Shown: positions 48,861 through 62,681, numbered from the whole stretch's first letter. The stretch is DNA of 63,866 nucleotides, filler included, from Octopus bimaculoides (GCF_001194135.2; 3 parts of 2 records of this genome joined end to end with filler, not necessarily neighbours in it), one strand, 5' to 3'. Notes: a model not told the origin generated them from the letters alone. Numbers and translations: made by a program.

Positions 48861-50715
48861 TAGCGGTGCTAGTGGTTGAGAGGAAACAGTACTGTTGACG
48901 AAAGCTGTATCTCAGCTGATCGGAGGCCGGTCATGTTGTTATTTAGCCACAGGTTTGATCATCATTACGCAATTCCAGCCGTGACCATCCATTCTATTAT
49001 TTTTTTCATGCATCGTATATCTAAGACAACATTATCTAATGTAGCTGCAAACAGAACACTTTCGTTTTTCATTTTATTTATTTATATATTCATTTTTTTT
49101 TTTGTTTTTCAAGAAACTAGTGTGTTATTTTCCCTAGTTGTCTTATTGCGCTTGGGAAGTAGTGACATGGATGATGATGATGATGATGATGCTAATATTC
49201 TTGGGGTGATGATGAGGATGGTGAAAGTGATAAAGTTGATTATAATATTGGTGGTGGGGGTGTTGATGATGATGGTGATGATGTCGATGATGATGATGAT
49301 TGTGAAAGAGGGTAAAAAGCGCTGATACTTGGCAGTACTGTTTACGTTGTTGCTGTTGTCTTTTACAATGTCAACACAAATAAAATCTTAAGAGGAAAAG
49401 TGTAGTGAATAACAAAGTCCACGCTACCCATATGGAATGTAGCTGTTGATAACGACCGCAGTGTGGTCATTGATGATAGTAATGATGGTGATGATAATGG
49501 TGATGAGCGTGACGGTGAGAGTGATTAGGACGACAATGATGATGATGATGATGATGATGATGATGTTGATGACGACGAAGACTACAATCATGACGACGAT
49601 TGTCATCATCATGTCAGGAGTAATGATGAAGGAGATGGTGTGGTGGCATTATCAGCCAAGCACATCGTTACATTGTGAACACCGTACCGCCTACTCCTTA
49701 AATAGAGAAACACATACTGTTTTCCTCGGTCCGGTGGCTGTACCGAAGGAGCTTGCACAACATACAAGAATAAAAGAAATGAACGCAGGCACGCCCCTGT
49801 TTGGCAAGTCCGTATCAATTTACTAACAAACAAAAATGAGACTATGAAACAAGTAATGTGTTGTAGGAATGTATAGGAAAGTGGTAACAATGACTCAGGT
49901 AAATAGTTACACAATCAGAATTCACCTGCAGGTCGATGAAAACACTTAACAGAGGCTATATAACCTTCGTAGACAGGCAACTACGGATCATATCATTGAG
50001 GAATGTATTTGATCTTTTCTGTTTTTGTTCCTCTCGCCCCTGTATCATAGTGTACGTGAGTATTTTGAATATATGGTTTAAATACGTATGAATAAATGCA
50101 TGCACGTATACATACAAACACACAAATGCACACGCGCGTACATGCTCGCCCACGCAGACATATACACTCATTTATAATATAAAACAGTTTGATTCGCTTC
50201 CGACAAACCAAAGCCTGAAAGACACAGGCCCCTGCCAGGTTCTTGCGAAGCTTCAAGTCACAAAGAACCGAATCAAACGGTTTAAAATAATACATGTAAC
50301 TTCTACTAAATGTGTTGAGTTTCCTTTTCTTTCGTTTGTTCACTCGCATGTATGTATGCATTTTGTTTGTGCGTGCGCACGCGCGCCCGCGTGTTTGTGT
50401 GTGTGTGTTTATCTATACAGCATGTAGATAGGGTTATAAGCCGAGCTGTGTCCTCTTGAATTACAACTGCTTCGTCCAGTACTCTAAAATTGTGTGTAGA
50501 TGTTATATTCATGTGAGGTAATGATAACGGTTTAAAAATACAGGAAAATATATTTTGCAGAATAATTACATAACAAAACTGGAGATTAAGTGTTATATTT
50601 TGGTATTTTTTAATCACCATTACATGTATTTCATTTACAATAGGAGTTACAAAATTGTACATTAGGAAAAGCAAGAAAGATATCACCTGTTTGAAATTTT
50701 GCTGATAGAGAATCA

Positions 50716-50937
50716 TATATATATTATCTACTAAAGGCACAAGGTCAAAAAATTGGGGGTGGGGACAAGTCGATTACACTGACGCCACTATTTCACTAGT
50801 TCTCTATTTATTATTCCCGAAAACATGAAAGGCAAAGTTAGCCTCAGCTGAATTTGAATTCAGAGCGTAAAAGACAGACGAAATGCCACTCAGCATTTCG
50901 CCCGGCGTTCTAATAATTCTCGCAGCTTGCCGCTTTC
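50716..50937 (-). mobile_element. SINE family M with a possible 9-bp TSD
   Basis: agagaatca at 50707-50715 and 50938-50946. Confidence 0.8.
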
Positions 50938-51429
50938 AGAGAATCAATTGATAAGTCCATATTATTGTTTCACCTACGTAAACATATTTGTAACTCCTGC
51001 TAGCAAATGAAATTCGTGTAATGGTGCATAAATCATACTAATTTTTTTTTCCAATCGCCTGTTTTGATATATATATACACACACAGTACATACATCTCCA
51101 TTTTCATTTCCTTATCTTCAATGATAACAAAAATCAGCTTCATGCGTGATTCCAATAATATTCCAGCATCCATCGCCATTGTGCCAATAACAAAGAAAAA
51201 TATTAATATGGTGGATTGGCGCAATTATGAAACCACTGCAAAAAATCATAGAGACATTTTCCCGGATCTTTGGTCTTGGGTTCTGTTATATCGCAATTGC
51301 AGTTGACGTCTACTCAACTCTAACTTCCGACGACTCGACACTACAGAACTCGACGTCTAGTCTACCGACGGCTCATGTTCGCTCTACGTGACGCTATTCG
51401 TCTAGCTATTTATACGTATTGGACTCGCC

Positions 51430-51600
51430 TACTTATCGCCTGGGAGCGTCCACGCAACAGGTTCTAAATACACCGAAGACTACTTTGCCTTCCATCTTTT
51501 TTTTGGGGGGGTGGGGTGAAGTAAAGAACCAGTCATGCCAATGCAAACGACTGAATTCCTCTTACTAAAATTGTTGGTCTTGTGCCAAAATTAGACAGAA

Positions 51601-51602
<2 letters not shown>
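51430..51602 (+). mobile_element. SINE family M (diverged); its (ATT)n tail at 51603-51656 is shared with the adjacent LINE
   Basis: caggttctaaatacaccgaagactactttgccttccatc...gtcttgtgccaaaattagac. Confidence 0.65.
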
Positions 51603-51656
<54 letters not shown>

Positions 51657-51844
51657 GTTCAATAGTTTTATTTTTATAACGTGCTTTCACTTCACTATCG
51701 AGCGCAGCTCTGTGCGCCTTGGGAATGTGCTGTGGTTTGCTATGGTGCTCTTATGGTTAATGTATTGAAAGCGTTTTGCGTAGGATGTGTGCAGTGCCCA
51801 GTAGTGCAATTTTCTGTATGTTATATATATTTGTAAGTCCTGGT
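51657..51844 (-). mobile_element. 3' end of an R4/Dong-type LINE (family C), cut by a gap
   Basis: The minus strand reads PGLTNIYNIQKIALLGTAHILRKTLSIH*. The UTR is the same as at 19506-19623 and ends in (AAT)n. Confidence 0.85.
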
Positions 51845-52724
51845 NNNNNNNNNNNNNNNNNNNNNNNNNNNNNNNNNNNNNNNNNNNNNNNNNNNNNNNN
51901 NNNNNNNNNNNNNNNNNNNNNNNNNNNNNNNNNNNNNNNNNNNNNNNNNNNNNNNNNNNNNNNNNNNNNNNNNNNNNNNNNNNNNNNNNNNNNNNNNNNN
52001 NNNNNNNNNNNNNNNNNNNNNNNNNNNNNNNNNNNNNNNNNNNNNNNNNNNNNNNNNNNNNNNNNNNNNNNNNNNNNNNNNNNNNNNNNNNNNNNNNNNN
52101 NNNNNNNNNNNNNNNNNNNNNNNNNNNNNNNNNNNNNNNNNNNNNNNNNNNNNNNNNNNNNNNNNNNNNNNNNNNNNNNNNNNNNNNNNNNNNNNNNNNN
52201 NNNNNNNNNNNNNNNNNNNNNNNNNNNNNNNNNNNNNNNNNNNNNNNNNNNNNNNNNNNNNNNNNNNNNNNNNNNNNNNNNNNNNNNNNNNNNNNNNNNN
52301 NNNNNNNNNNNNNNNNNNNNNNNNNNNNNNNNNNNNNNNNNNNNNNNNNNNNNNNNNNNNNNNNNNNNNNNNNNNNNNNNNNNNNNNNNNNNNNNNNNNN
52401 NNNNNNNNNNNNNNNNNNNNNNNNNNNNNNNNNNNNNNNNNNNNNNNNNNNNNNNNNNNNNNNCATACATACATACATACATACACTTACACATGCAGAC
52501 ATACACAACCATACATAGACACATACGCCCATACATACATACATACATACATACACATGCATACATACATAAATACATACATACATACATAAGTACATAC
52601 ATACATATATACATACATACATACACACACATTCATACATACATACATACAGACATAACTATATTCATAATAGATTTGTGTATACTGTTTATAAAGTCAA
52701 AAAGCTTCAGCGCGTAGCAGGGGT

Positions 52725-52780
<56 letters not shown>

Positions 52781-53147
52781 AATATCATTTGAATTACCAC
52801 ATTTTGCATTCTAATTCCCAGTTTGAAGCCATTTATTTGTGGATGGTAGAAATAACAAAACATATTTCTTGGCGTGGAGCGCTGTACAAAGCAGGTAGTG
52901 TGATAATGTGGTATATTCATCTTTCTTTTCGCTTTTCCGACAAACAAATGTTTAGAGAGGCACCAAAATATAAATTCAATTATTTGGATAATATAGTTTA
53001 TAGTAAGCAATATAAAAACATGAGTATTTCCTTCTAAATTATATTTACAAGTTCTACATTCGTTCTGTACATGACTGCATCTATTTAAATCGAATATACA
53101 TTTTATATAGTTATCTATATGCATACCTGCATACGTACACATACATA

Positions 53148-53180
<33 letters not shown>

Positions 53181-55556
53181 NNNNNNNNNNNNNNNNNNNN
53201 NNNNNNNNNNNNNNNNNNNNNNNNNNNNNNNNNNNNNNNNNNNNNNNNNNNNNNNNNNNNNNNNNNNNNNNNNNNNNNNNNNNNNNNNNNNNNNNNNNNN
53301 NNNNNNNNNNNNNNNNNNNNNNNNNNNNNNNNNNNNNNNNNNNNNNNNNNNNNNNNNNNNNNNNNNNNNNNNNNNNNNNNNNNNNNNNNNNNNNNNNNNN
53401 NNNNNNNNNNNNNNNNNNNNNNNNNNNNNNNNNNNNNNNNNNNNNNNNNNNNNNNNNNNNNNNNNNNNNNNNNNNNNNNNNNNNNNNNNNNNNNNNNNNN
53501 NNNNNNNNNNNNNNNNNNNNNNNNCGCTAATCGGTGTTTCTACTTCTCGGTTTTACGACGATGGGGCTGTGGTCTTTCATTTATTCGCATATACATAGAG
53601 ATCATTTGCCCCATGATAACGGGGCAATGGAAAATATTAAGCTGTGGATTATTGATTGAACTTAGAAAGAATTGACAATGAATGAATAAATAGTGGAAAT
53701 AGTATTACATTTTTTTTTTTATTCTAAAGGTGATGCTCTAGCATGGCCGCAGTCAAGATGACTGAAACAAAGAAAAGAATAAGTGATTGTCTATAGATTT
53801 TAACCTGAATATATTTAATAATTATACTGGTTTCAAACCCCATTGTCAGTATGAATGGAAAAGCAATCATATATTCTATTTCAGTTTATTCTTTCATGAC
53901 ACTTTTATCTGGTACAAATATAAACCACATCATTTTCGGAAAAAAATGTATTTTTTCAGCTTGATGAGTCACATTTATTCAGCAATTGATATTTTATTTG
54001 CTGGACTACTCGTCCATTAATCAAGGATTAAAAACCGACTGCATACCCGAAGGACTAGGCAAATATTAGTTTCATAGGAGATAGTTGCGAGAGTGAGGTG
54101 GGGGCAGTGTTGGTGAATCTTTAGTAAATTGGATACAAAATTGTAATAACCATAAAATTGTTGTGTAGCTTACAGAAACCGTAAGATTATTCATTGATAG
54201 AGCGTTGTAGCGAAGTGTCTTGTGGAAATTTCTCAGCATGAAAGATAAATTCGTAGCGGAATACACACCTAAAGTGAGGCGCGTCATTGCATTAAGCCAA
54301 TGACGTCCTCATGCACCACGATTCTTGCACTTCTATCAGCATCAAGTATTTTCTGAACTATTGTATGAGTTAGAAGGCAACTTTGAAGCCCGTCGGATTA
54401 AAATTTGTGGAATTTGTTGAAATTAATGGTAACAGTGGGGCGGGCTATATTTTGATGTGACCGGTCTTTAATGTGTGCTGAGTATGGCTTTAAACTTGAA
54501 CCAGTATCGGGGCTCTTACTCAGGAGCACCACAATTTTCATGAGTGTGAAATCACTTCCAACCCAATATTTTTGTTCGGTTAACATTGATCCGGAGTAGA
54601 AGTACCTGTTCCCAATTCTAGGTGAATGAACATATTAGGGCTCACTGTGCATATGAATATGAGATATATATTGAGTTCTAATAGCCATAATTCATCCTGA
54701 ATAGAGCCAACTTGAACTAATATATGTATATGTGTGTCAGTATGTCTGTGCCTGTGTGTATGCCCGCGCGTATGTATTTTTACGGTCAAATATTCCACCC
54801 ATTTTAATTCATATCCTTCTTCGTACAAACGCACACACGTGCGAACGTACACACGTGCGAACGCACACACGTGCGAACGCACACACACAAACATACATTG
54901 GGTACCCTTATATGCACACCTACACCAGAAAACCTCATATACGCATATAAACAGAAACCATTGGCATATACACGCGTGCAGTATACCAGTACACATTAAC
55001 TTCGAATGCACAGACGCGTTTGCTCTGTCACACACGTGCCAGATTCATAGTTGTCTTCCTTGCCCACACGCTTCAAGAAAACATTCAGAGTTTTCCCGCT
55101 TGCCGTTCACGTCTCTAGCAACGTCCTCCTCTTCCAGTCATTCCAGTTTACGGTGATCTTCTGAGAGACGTTTGTTCTTTCTCTCTCCATTCTTTTTCAC
55201 CCAATCTATTCTTTCTGTGGAAGAGCATATACCTGGAGGCTACATTTTTTTGCCTCTATTTTTACTGAACGTAAATCTAATACACTCTGCTGTTTTACTG
55301 CTTCCGCGTGAATTTTCGTTTGTGTACCTCTTCCTCTGTCTGTCTGCCTCTCTCTCTCTCTCTCTCTCTCTCTCGCTAGCTCACACACACACACGCACAC
55401 ACATATACACACACGCACACGCACGCACACACACACATACACACACTCACACACAAACATATACACATTTACACACGCACAAGCACACATGCATATGCAT
55501 AAATATACATTGAGAAGTATGTATATAATTTTTACACACACATACACGGTCACATA

Positions 55557-56812
55557 CTCAGGCATGCAGGAAGTAAATAGACCCATTTAATTTTCAAATT
55601 TCTGTTGTGTCTTAATATGTTTTCAGCGGTATGGAATTGATAACGTAATTGTTCCTTTTCATTCCAGGTGCCATTGTATTCAACATTTGCAAAGGGTAAC
55701 CATGCCACGCACAAAAAAAAATTCAGCAGAATTGTCAGATTTTGAAAGAGATCGTATTGTTGGTCAATCTGAGCGAAAAAGTGCCGAAAATCTTTAAACT
55801 CATTTTGCTACTGTTGATAGAAATAGAGTGCAATTCAAAAGCCAAGGAAAAGAATCAACAGATTCTCGTCCCGGCCTACGTGGGCCCTCAGAAAGGAAGC
55901 TTTGCTGTTTAAAGAGAATTGTGGAAAACGAACTCCGTTCGAAGGCTTCTGACATTGCAAAACAGCTAGAAGTTAGACCAAGAACCTGTGTTACATATCT
56001 GCATAAGCTTGGGTATTATGGACGAGCAACTAGAAGAAAACCTATCCTCCAACCAACTGATATCACGAAAAGAAAGAAATGGGCTCAGGAGATGTCAGAA
56101 AAATCCAGTTCATTTTGGGATAGAGTGATTTTTTCAGATGAATCCAGATTTGCATTATTTTCAGACAGTTGACGTGTTTGGGTCTGGAGACTTCCCGATC
56201 AAGAATTTGATGTGAAACGACTCCGACCAAATGTGAAACATGTCAGTATATCTGTAATGGTATAGAGAGCTGTCACTAGCAATGGTCGTTCTGAGCTGAT
56301 CGAATGTGCTGGAACCATAAACTCTGAAAAATACATCGAGATACTTAAGTAAGGACTAGTTCCGATGTATTCACTCGATAACATAACGAAAAATGTGTTT
56401 TTATCCATGGAAGATTGGGCTCCATGTCACAGAGCGTTAATGAATCAACAATGGCTGACTGAAAATGGGATCAAAAAGCTTCTTTGGCCGAGCCAATCTC
56501 CTGACATGAACCCAATTGAAAATCTTTGGAGCATACTAGATAGAGCTATAAGAAAAATCGACAGAAACCTAAATCTAATGAATTGTTTCGATTGCTGCGT
56601 GAAAAGTGGGCAGAAATTCCACAAGAGACAATCACAAAGCTCATCAGTTCAATGCCAAAAAGAGTTTCTGAATTAAAAACTGCAAAGGGCATGTCATCTA
56701 AATACTAATATATGTAGTCATACATATCGATTACATTTCAATTGTTCGCTTTGAGTATTAAATAAACGATTTTGAAAATTAAATGTGCCTATTTACTTCT
56801 TGCATGTCTGTG
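55557..56812 (+). mobile_element. Full-length (1256 bp) Tc1-family DNA transposon, TA TSD, 42-bp TIRs
   Basis: TIRs at 55557-55598 and 56771-56812 match at 37/42 positions. TA flanks at 55555-56 and 56813-14. Confidence 0.92.
55702..56708 (+). pseudogene. Tc1 DD34E transposase pseudogene
   Basis: Segments: MPRTKKNSAELSDFERDRIVG (HTH start); YYGRATRRKPIL; WDRVIFSDESRF (D1); MEDWAPCH (D2) followed 34 residues later by the E of SPDMNPIENLW; and a C-terminus SMPKRVSELKTAKGMSSKY*. It has several stops and frameshifts. Confidence 0.92.
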
Positions 56813-56932
56813 TATATTTACACACATATACACACATAAAGAAGTGGAGGGAGAAATAATTAGATACATAGACAGAATGAAACATGCAGTCAGACAGACA
56901 GAGACAAACAGACTGAAAGGCAGACAGACAGT

Positions 56933-56963
<31 letters not shown>

Positions 56964-57665
56964 GGAGAGAGAGAGAGAGAGACATACAGACAGACAGACA
57001 GACAGACAGACAGATAGATAGATAGATAGATAGATACATTTCTTTTATTAGCCACACAGGGCTCAACGAAGATGGGACAAATACAATGTAGAGCTTTTCT
57101 TTTTGGGAGGGGGAAGGAAGGAAAAANNNNNNNNNNNNNNNNNNNNNNNNNNNNNNNNNNNNNNNNNNNNTTAATTAATTAANNNNNNNNNNNNNNNNNN
57201 NNNNNNNNNNNNNNNNNNNNNNNNNNTATATACCTGAGAGTTAAATTGACAATTGCATTTGATTAATAGTTTTTGATATTCAGTTCTGTATATGTACCAA
57301 AAATTCGAAATCATATTTCATATAGTAATGAATAAAATAATTACTATAGTCTGTCTTATGGATAGAATATGCGTTTCTTCTTCAAGTTATATGAGTTTCC
57401 TGTTATACTGAGAATTCCGACCGCGATCCTACCCGTCATGTACAGAATAAGCGGTTGGGAAAAGCAGATCATGTGTAATATTAACCTGAGAGTCATTTCT
57501 ATAATACTGGTTTTCAAAATGCTTTTTTCTTTTGTTTCGTTGTTTTTTGCGCTGGAGACTGTAGAAATAGATAGATAACTTGAAAATATGCAATGTAAGG
57601 TGAATACCTATACATATATTTATACATGTGTGTATGTTGAGCGCGTGTGAGGAGTGGGGATATAA

Positions 57666-57701
<36 letters not shown>

Positions 57702-58009
57702 AGTGAGGGTATATGTGTGTGCGTGTGCGTGTGTGTGTGTGTCTGTATAATAGAATGAAAACGTTGATTTATATTTAACTTTTCTGAAGTAGATTTCTTA
57801 ATTTTCACAACGTATCTAAGTAGTATTAATTATTGTTTTGAATATTAAGTTCAGTGGACCAAATTGTATTCATGGAGACATATGTGTGTATGTGTGTGTG
57901 TGTGTAGTGTATGTATGTATGTATGTATGTATGTATGTATGTACGTATGTATGTATGCATGTATGTATGTATGCACGTGTGGCTCAGACTATACATATGG
58001 AGACTGATG

Positions 58010-58051
<42 letters not shown>

Positions 58052-59412
58052 CCATCAAATAACAGGCAAAATAGAGGGACCGAAGCATATACAATAAAAG
58101 GAAATTGTTTTCATATCAAAGTCGAAAATACGTAAAAGACTGAGTTGGAGATGTAATTAGAGCATAATGTCGTTTCATAGAGTCTTGGGAAATTCGGAGC
58201 TAATAAACCAGAAATAGAATGTAAAAGAAAACACTCTTCTGTTTAGTATAACGATACAATCGGGAGATTAGTTCCATTTTAACGTGTGTGTATTTACATT
58301 CGTAGCAAAACGTTATCTGTAAAATATATAAGATTAAAACGTGATGCTGATAATTACTTTATCTAATAATTTAAGTCAATATAGTAAACAAACACAAGCA
58401 TAAAGTAGATGTATGAATTGAAGTAGCGTCAGCAAGATATAATACCATTAATATTATAAAAAAATATGTTTACAACATCGTTCTCTACAAAGTTGGTAAG
58501 TCAAATTTCAAAAGAGGAAACTAAACACAAATATCATTGTCCCATGTACATCATAAGTGCTAGGAAAACACAAGCTGCAATTGGATACAGAAACCATGCA
58601 CCATAATAAATATCCTAGTCATTTTTACTCATACTCGATTCAGCCATGCGGTTGCGGTGAAGCTGTAGCACCACTGAAAAATGTCATACGTGACCCGGGG
58701 AATATTTGCATTCGTACACACACACGCAGATACACGAGTGCGCGCGCACACACACATACACACATAGAGATACACACGCAAATATTCACACATATACAAG
58801 AGTACAAATAAAAATATTTATAAAATCATTCAACTAAACTTTGCTCACCGGATCTGCAATGACTTCAGTAAAAGAGTATTAATGCATAAATAGCCAGCCA
58901 CTCTTAAATCCGATTGATTGAAACTGTGGAGCGATTCATATATACTTACATTGCAGATATATGATTCTTTTCAATCTCTGAGAGCTGAATGGTTTATACT
59001 GGAAAACAGAAATTCAAATAAGGTTAAGTAAACTCTTCAGTAGCTTATAGTGATTCTGTGAAGCTTGTATATGTCAAAATAAAACTGTAGAATTTTAATA
59101 TTCTGCTGATGATGCAGTCATAATCATATAATACACATGTACACATGGCATCATGCGCATACATACATGTGCACATACAGAGACACACATATATGTTTAT
59201 ACATGTATAGACATGTGCGCATGTGTGCGTGTGTGTGTATGTATGTATATATGTATGCATAACACTAGTTACATCATGAGCTCTTCATATACGTTTCACT
59301 CGTTAGAAATCACAGTAAATTACAATACGAGGGCAGTAGGTTGCGTAACCAGAACGGATTGTCAGGAGAACATTGTATAGAACGATGATACAGAGATCAA
59401 AGAGATTACACA

Positions 59413-59474
<62 letters not shown>

Positions 59475-59689
59475 GATGTATATACACACACACATACGTG
59501 CATACATACATACATACATACATACATGCATACATACGTTTGTACGTACAAGGATACGTATGACAGAACAGTATTTCATCTAACTTTCGATTTTAATTTC
59601 AAACTCCACCGAGGCCTATTTTGCCTTTCATTCTTCATGCTGCACCTTCATTGCAGGTCTTGAGCCAAGATTGAAAATCAGTATTTAGC

Positions 59690-61620
59690 TCATTGTCAAA
59701 TTTTAATCTAAAGCATCTACAATATTCTTTCTCAAAGTTTCTTTGACTTTTGTTTCATTGGCTTCTTTCCTAAGAGTACAAAGTCCTCTCATTGGTATCC
59801 TCTTAAATCTATTTCTTTATATACATCCTGTTTGCAACGAAATTTCTAGTTGCATATTATTTATAATACATTGCTTCGGGCTCCTGTATGGCCTATTATT
59901 AGAGAGGTTTCTAGCCCGATATCGATTTCTATGCTTCAATCACATTCCGAGTATCTTTGAACAAAGCTCTTATGTATCAATCTAAGCTTATATAAGTGAA
60001 ATTAGATCGAAAATGAGCACAAAAGGTTAGACATATGAGTTAATGGATCGAATCTTGTAACACTGTCAATTTCTGTAAATGATCACAGTAAAGGTGTAAG
60101 TGGAAAGTTAGCTCTATATCTCAGTGAGTAACACTTTCGGTTGACTGCACGACCGGAAATCTAATCGTTGAAATGCATATAAGATTCACTTACTGATTTA
60201 AAATTTGGTGGTTTATTGTCTTTCTAGATTAACTGCCTCCATCACGCTTAGCACCGGATAGGAAAATGACGGAGAAAGAATTCCTTCAAAATTTTTCTCT
60301 TTTAGTGAAGATTATATTTGATTTCACTGTTTCGTATTTTATCTCAACCTGTGCTACTGGCAAATTATATGATTTATATACCTACTTATTATTATCTCTA
60401 CTATAGTCAAAGAAAATCTATTCAGAATACATCAGTAAGCATTTCTATCAATTGTCTTCAGAGAAAACACCTATGCTCTTCTTAGTAATGATTTTCTTTG
60501 TTGCTTATTTTATCAGTAACTGATCTTTTAAAGCAAAATGAATGCAGTAGTTAACAAAAACAGGTCAAGGTTTTGTGTAGTTAAAATAGAAAGGTTACTT
60601 AACAGATTTTAAAAGCATCATTATTTTTTTCAATTTTGAGGCTTAAGTAGTAGTAGAAACTTCCAGACATTTGCAAACATTGGGCATTTTGTCTACGTGC
60701 ATGTTCAATAGTTGTTCGTATTTTGAAGCTTTGATTTAATATAATTAATTTCTGTCCGAGTGTTTTTACTTGCTGTTTTTAGCTTCCTTGCATGTGACGG
60801 CCAATCGCATGTCCATTCTTTTCACATAAGACCTTCAGCTTTTATTTGTTCTTGTCGCCAGAATTATTTCATCCCATTTAATCAATTTCTTGCTAAAATA
60901 CTTATGGGCTGGTGGCGAACTACTTTATTTGTTTAACTAAGATTCTTTTTATTCTTTAGTTTATAAGTATTTCTTTGTCAGTCTCATTAAAGATAGAGCA
61001 AATCCTTTTTTTGATGCTTCATATTTATCAGTGCGTTGTATTTTCCTGATTTTGTCTGAGTTGAAAGGTTTCCATATAAAAAAGTGATGAACGAAAACAT
61101 TCCTTTTAGCTGACTAGATTAATCGATTTTTTCTTGAGATAGTGATGTTCGAATATGCTTTTGTTTCTCTAAAATTTATTTAGATGACTATATTCTAAAT
61201 TTGCATTTTCAGTATTGTTTAGTATATCTTTAAGCTTCATCTTTGAAAACATATTTTTTTATACATAGTCAGTTTTATCTATTTAATTCTTAATATATTT
61301 CTCTAAAATTTTATAATATCCACCATTTCTAACGTAAGAGATATCCCCACTTATATTCTTCTCATATTTCGCTGTATGCGTATTTACTTCCTATAGTTCT
61401 GCTATGGCATGTTTTGGTCGATATTCCATAATGTATGCAAGGAATCGGTTTGCTTGTTGATCTTGGGATGTTGCTGAGCTTTATAGTCTAAATATCTCCA
61501 CATTTGATGCTCTTATTTTCTAATGTTTATTTTGTTGTGCGTTTTCCTTACCTTTCCGTTATGTATATTTGTAAGATTTGGCATTCTCTCTTAGTTATAT
61601 TGCTGTCTTAAATATGTACT
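59690..61620 (-). pseudogene. Probable heavily decayed RTE-like LINE ORF (RT domain plus upstream linker)
   Basis: The minus strand is A-rich. Faint, colinear RT-like fragments: NFKSVS (~NYRPIS), QPK (~QPxEQAGF), FTV.HLQ (~FSTxDH), PFVLIFD (~PLxLxFxD) and EISLQTG (~IxIxRGVRQGD). Confidence 0.4.
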
Positions 61621-62001
61621 TTATTTAATTAACTTATCTATGGATGTAGAGGGTCATTTCAGTTCCTATTTAAATATTTATACATGTTATAGAATTACCA
61701 TTGTTATAGAATTGCTATAGAATTACAATTCTTTTTCGAATAATTTAACTATCACTCCCAAACAGCAAAAGCATTAAAAAAATTAATACATTTGTAAACA
61801 AGAGAAGCATAAACAGAAGAGCCTCCTATTCGCACATGCGTAGATGGGCTCGAACAGATGCATCTTGTAGTTTGATCTCGAAAACCCTAAATGTTAGCCG
61901 TGCCAAATGAAACAATATCGAAATAGGCGCAGCAAAATAGTGACACCAACAGATGAATTAACAACCGCTGAAACAACACAGACAAGGTTAGAATCATCAT
62001 C

Positions 62002-62036
<35 letters not shown>

Positions 62037-62533
62037 AAACAGTATCAGAAACATAAACTACAACAATCTAACATGATAACATGAGATAACATGATCAACA
62101 GTAATGGTAGCTGAAGCACTGACAATAACATCAGGAAGAGATGTAAAAGCTACGAATATGGATGCAACTCACTGACGAACCACCCATTGACACAGTTCTT
62201 CGAAAAGCGAACAATTAGTTGAAGCTTATACGCTCCGACGAAAACTACATTTTAGCCTCTGGTAAAAGTCCCAACTAGATAACCGCATTGAGACTGCCGC
62301 AAAGGAGACTTTCGTTGAGAAGGTCAGAAGTTTCTCGTTACCTTAGGGAATACTTTAGTTAGACAACGGGCTAAAACATACCATGCAGTTTGTTTGGTGC
62401 TTAGAACGTTACATAAAGACAACAGAAAAATTGAAATTTCAACGCTTTTTATATTTCTACTGCAGAAATTGGGGCAAATTACATCGGCCTCGGTGTTGAT
62501 CACTTGACTAATTACGCATTTTTTGTCAATTTC

Positions 62534-62681
62534 ATAATGAACTAATAATCAGTATAGATGATTAGCAGAGATAATTGTGGTGAACGGGGAACTAGACTAG
62601 TCCTACAAGTCCTAAAACCTTCAGAAAACTGTAGAGACCTACTGAAGCTACGCCTATATATAAGGGCAGAAATAAAATGCT
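62534..62681 (+). repeat. Direct-repeat copy 1 of a Penelope-like terminal sequence
   Basis: 62559-62681 matches 63503-63625 at 114/123 positions (manual count), offset 944 bp. Confidence 0.8.

Noticed and set aside
47740-49960. Isolated splice-like signals (cag|gtaaat at ~47756 and ~49893; ctgcag at ~49930)
   Set aside because: No paired acceptor and donor enclose a plausible coding frame.
54050-54640. Possible CR1/Jockey-like RT fragment on the minus strand (QKILDADRSARIVV)
   Set aside because: The key motifs (DxxKAFD, YADD) are absent; too weak to call without a profile search.
62165-62215. CTGACGA...CGAAA motif
   Set aside because: There is no convincing stem II or stem I, so it is not a hammerhead. 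The same applies to the CTGAnGA hits at ~6237, ~20110 and ~38005.
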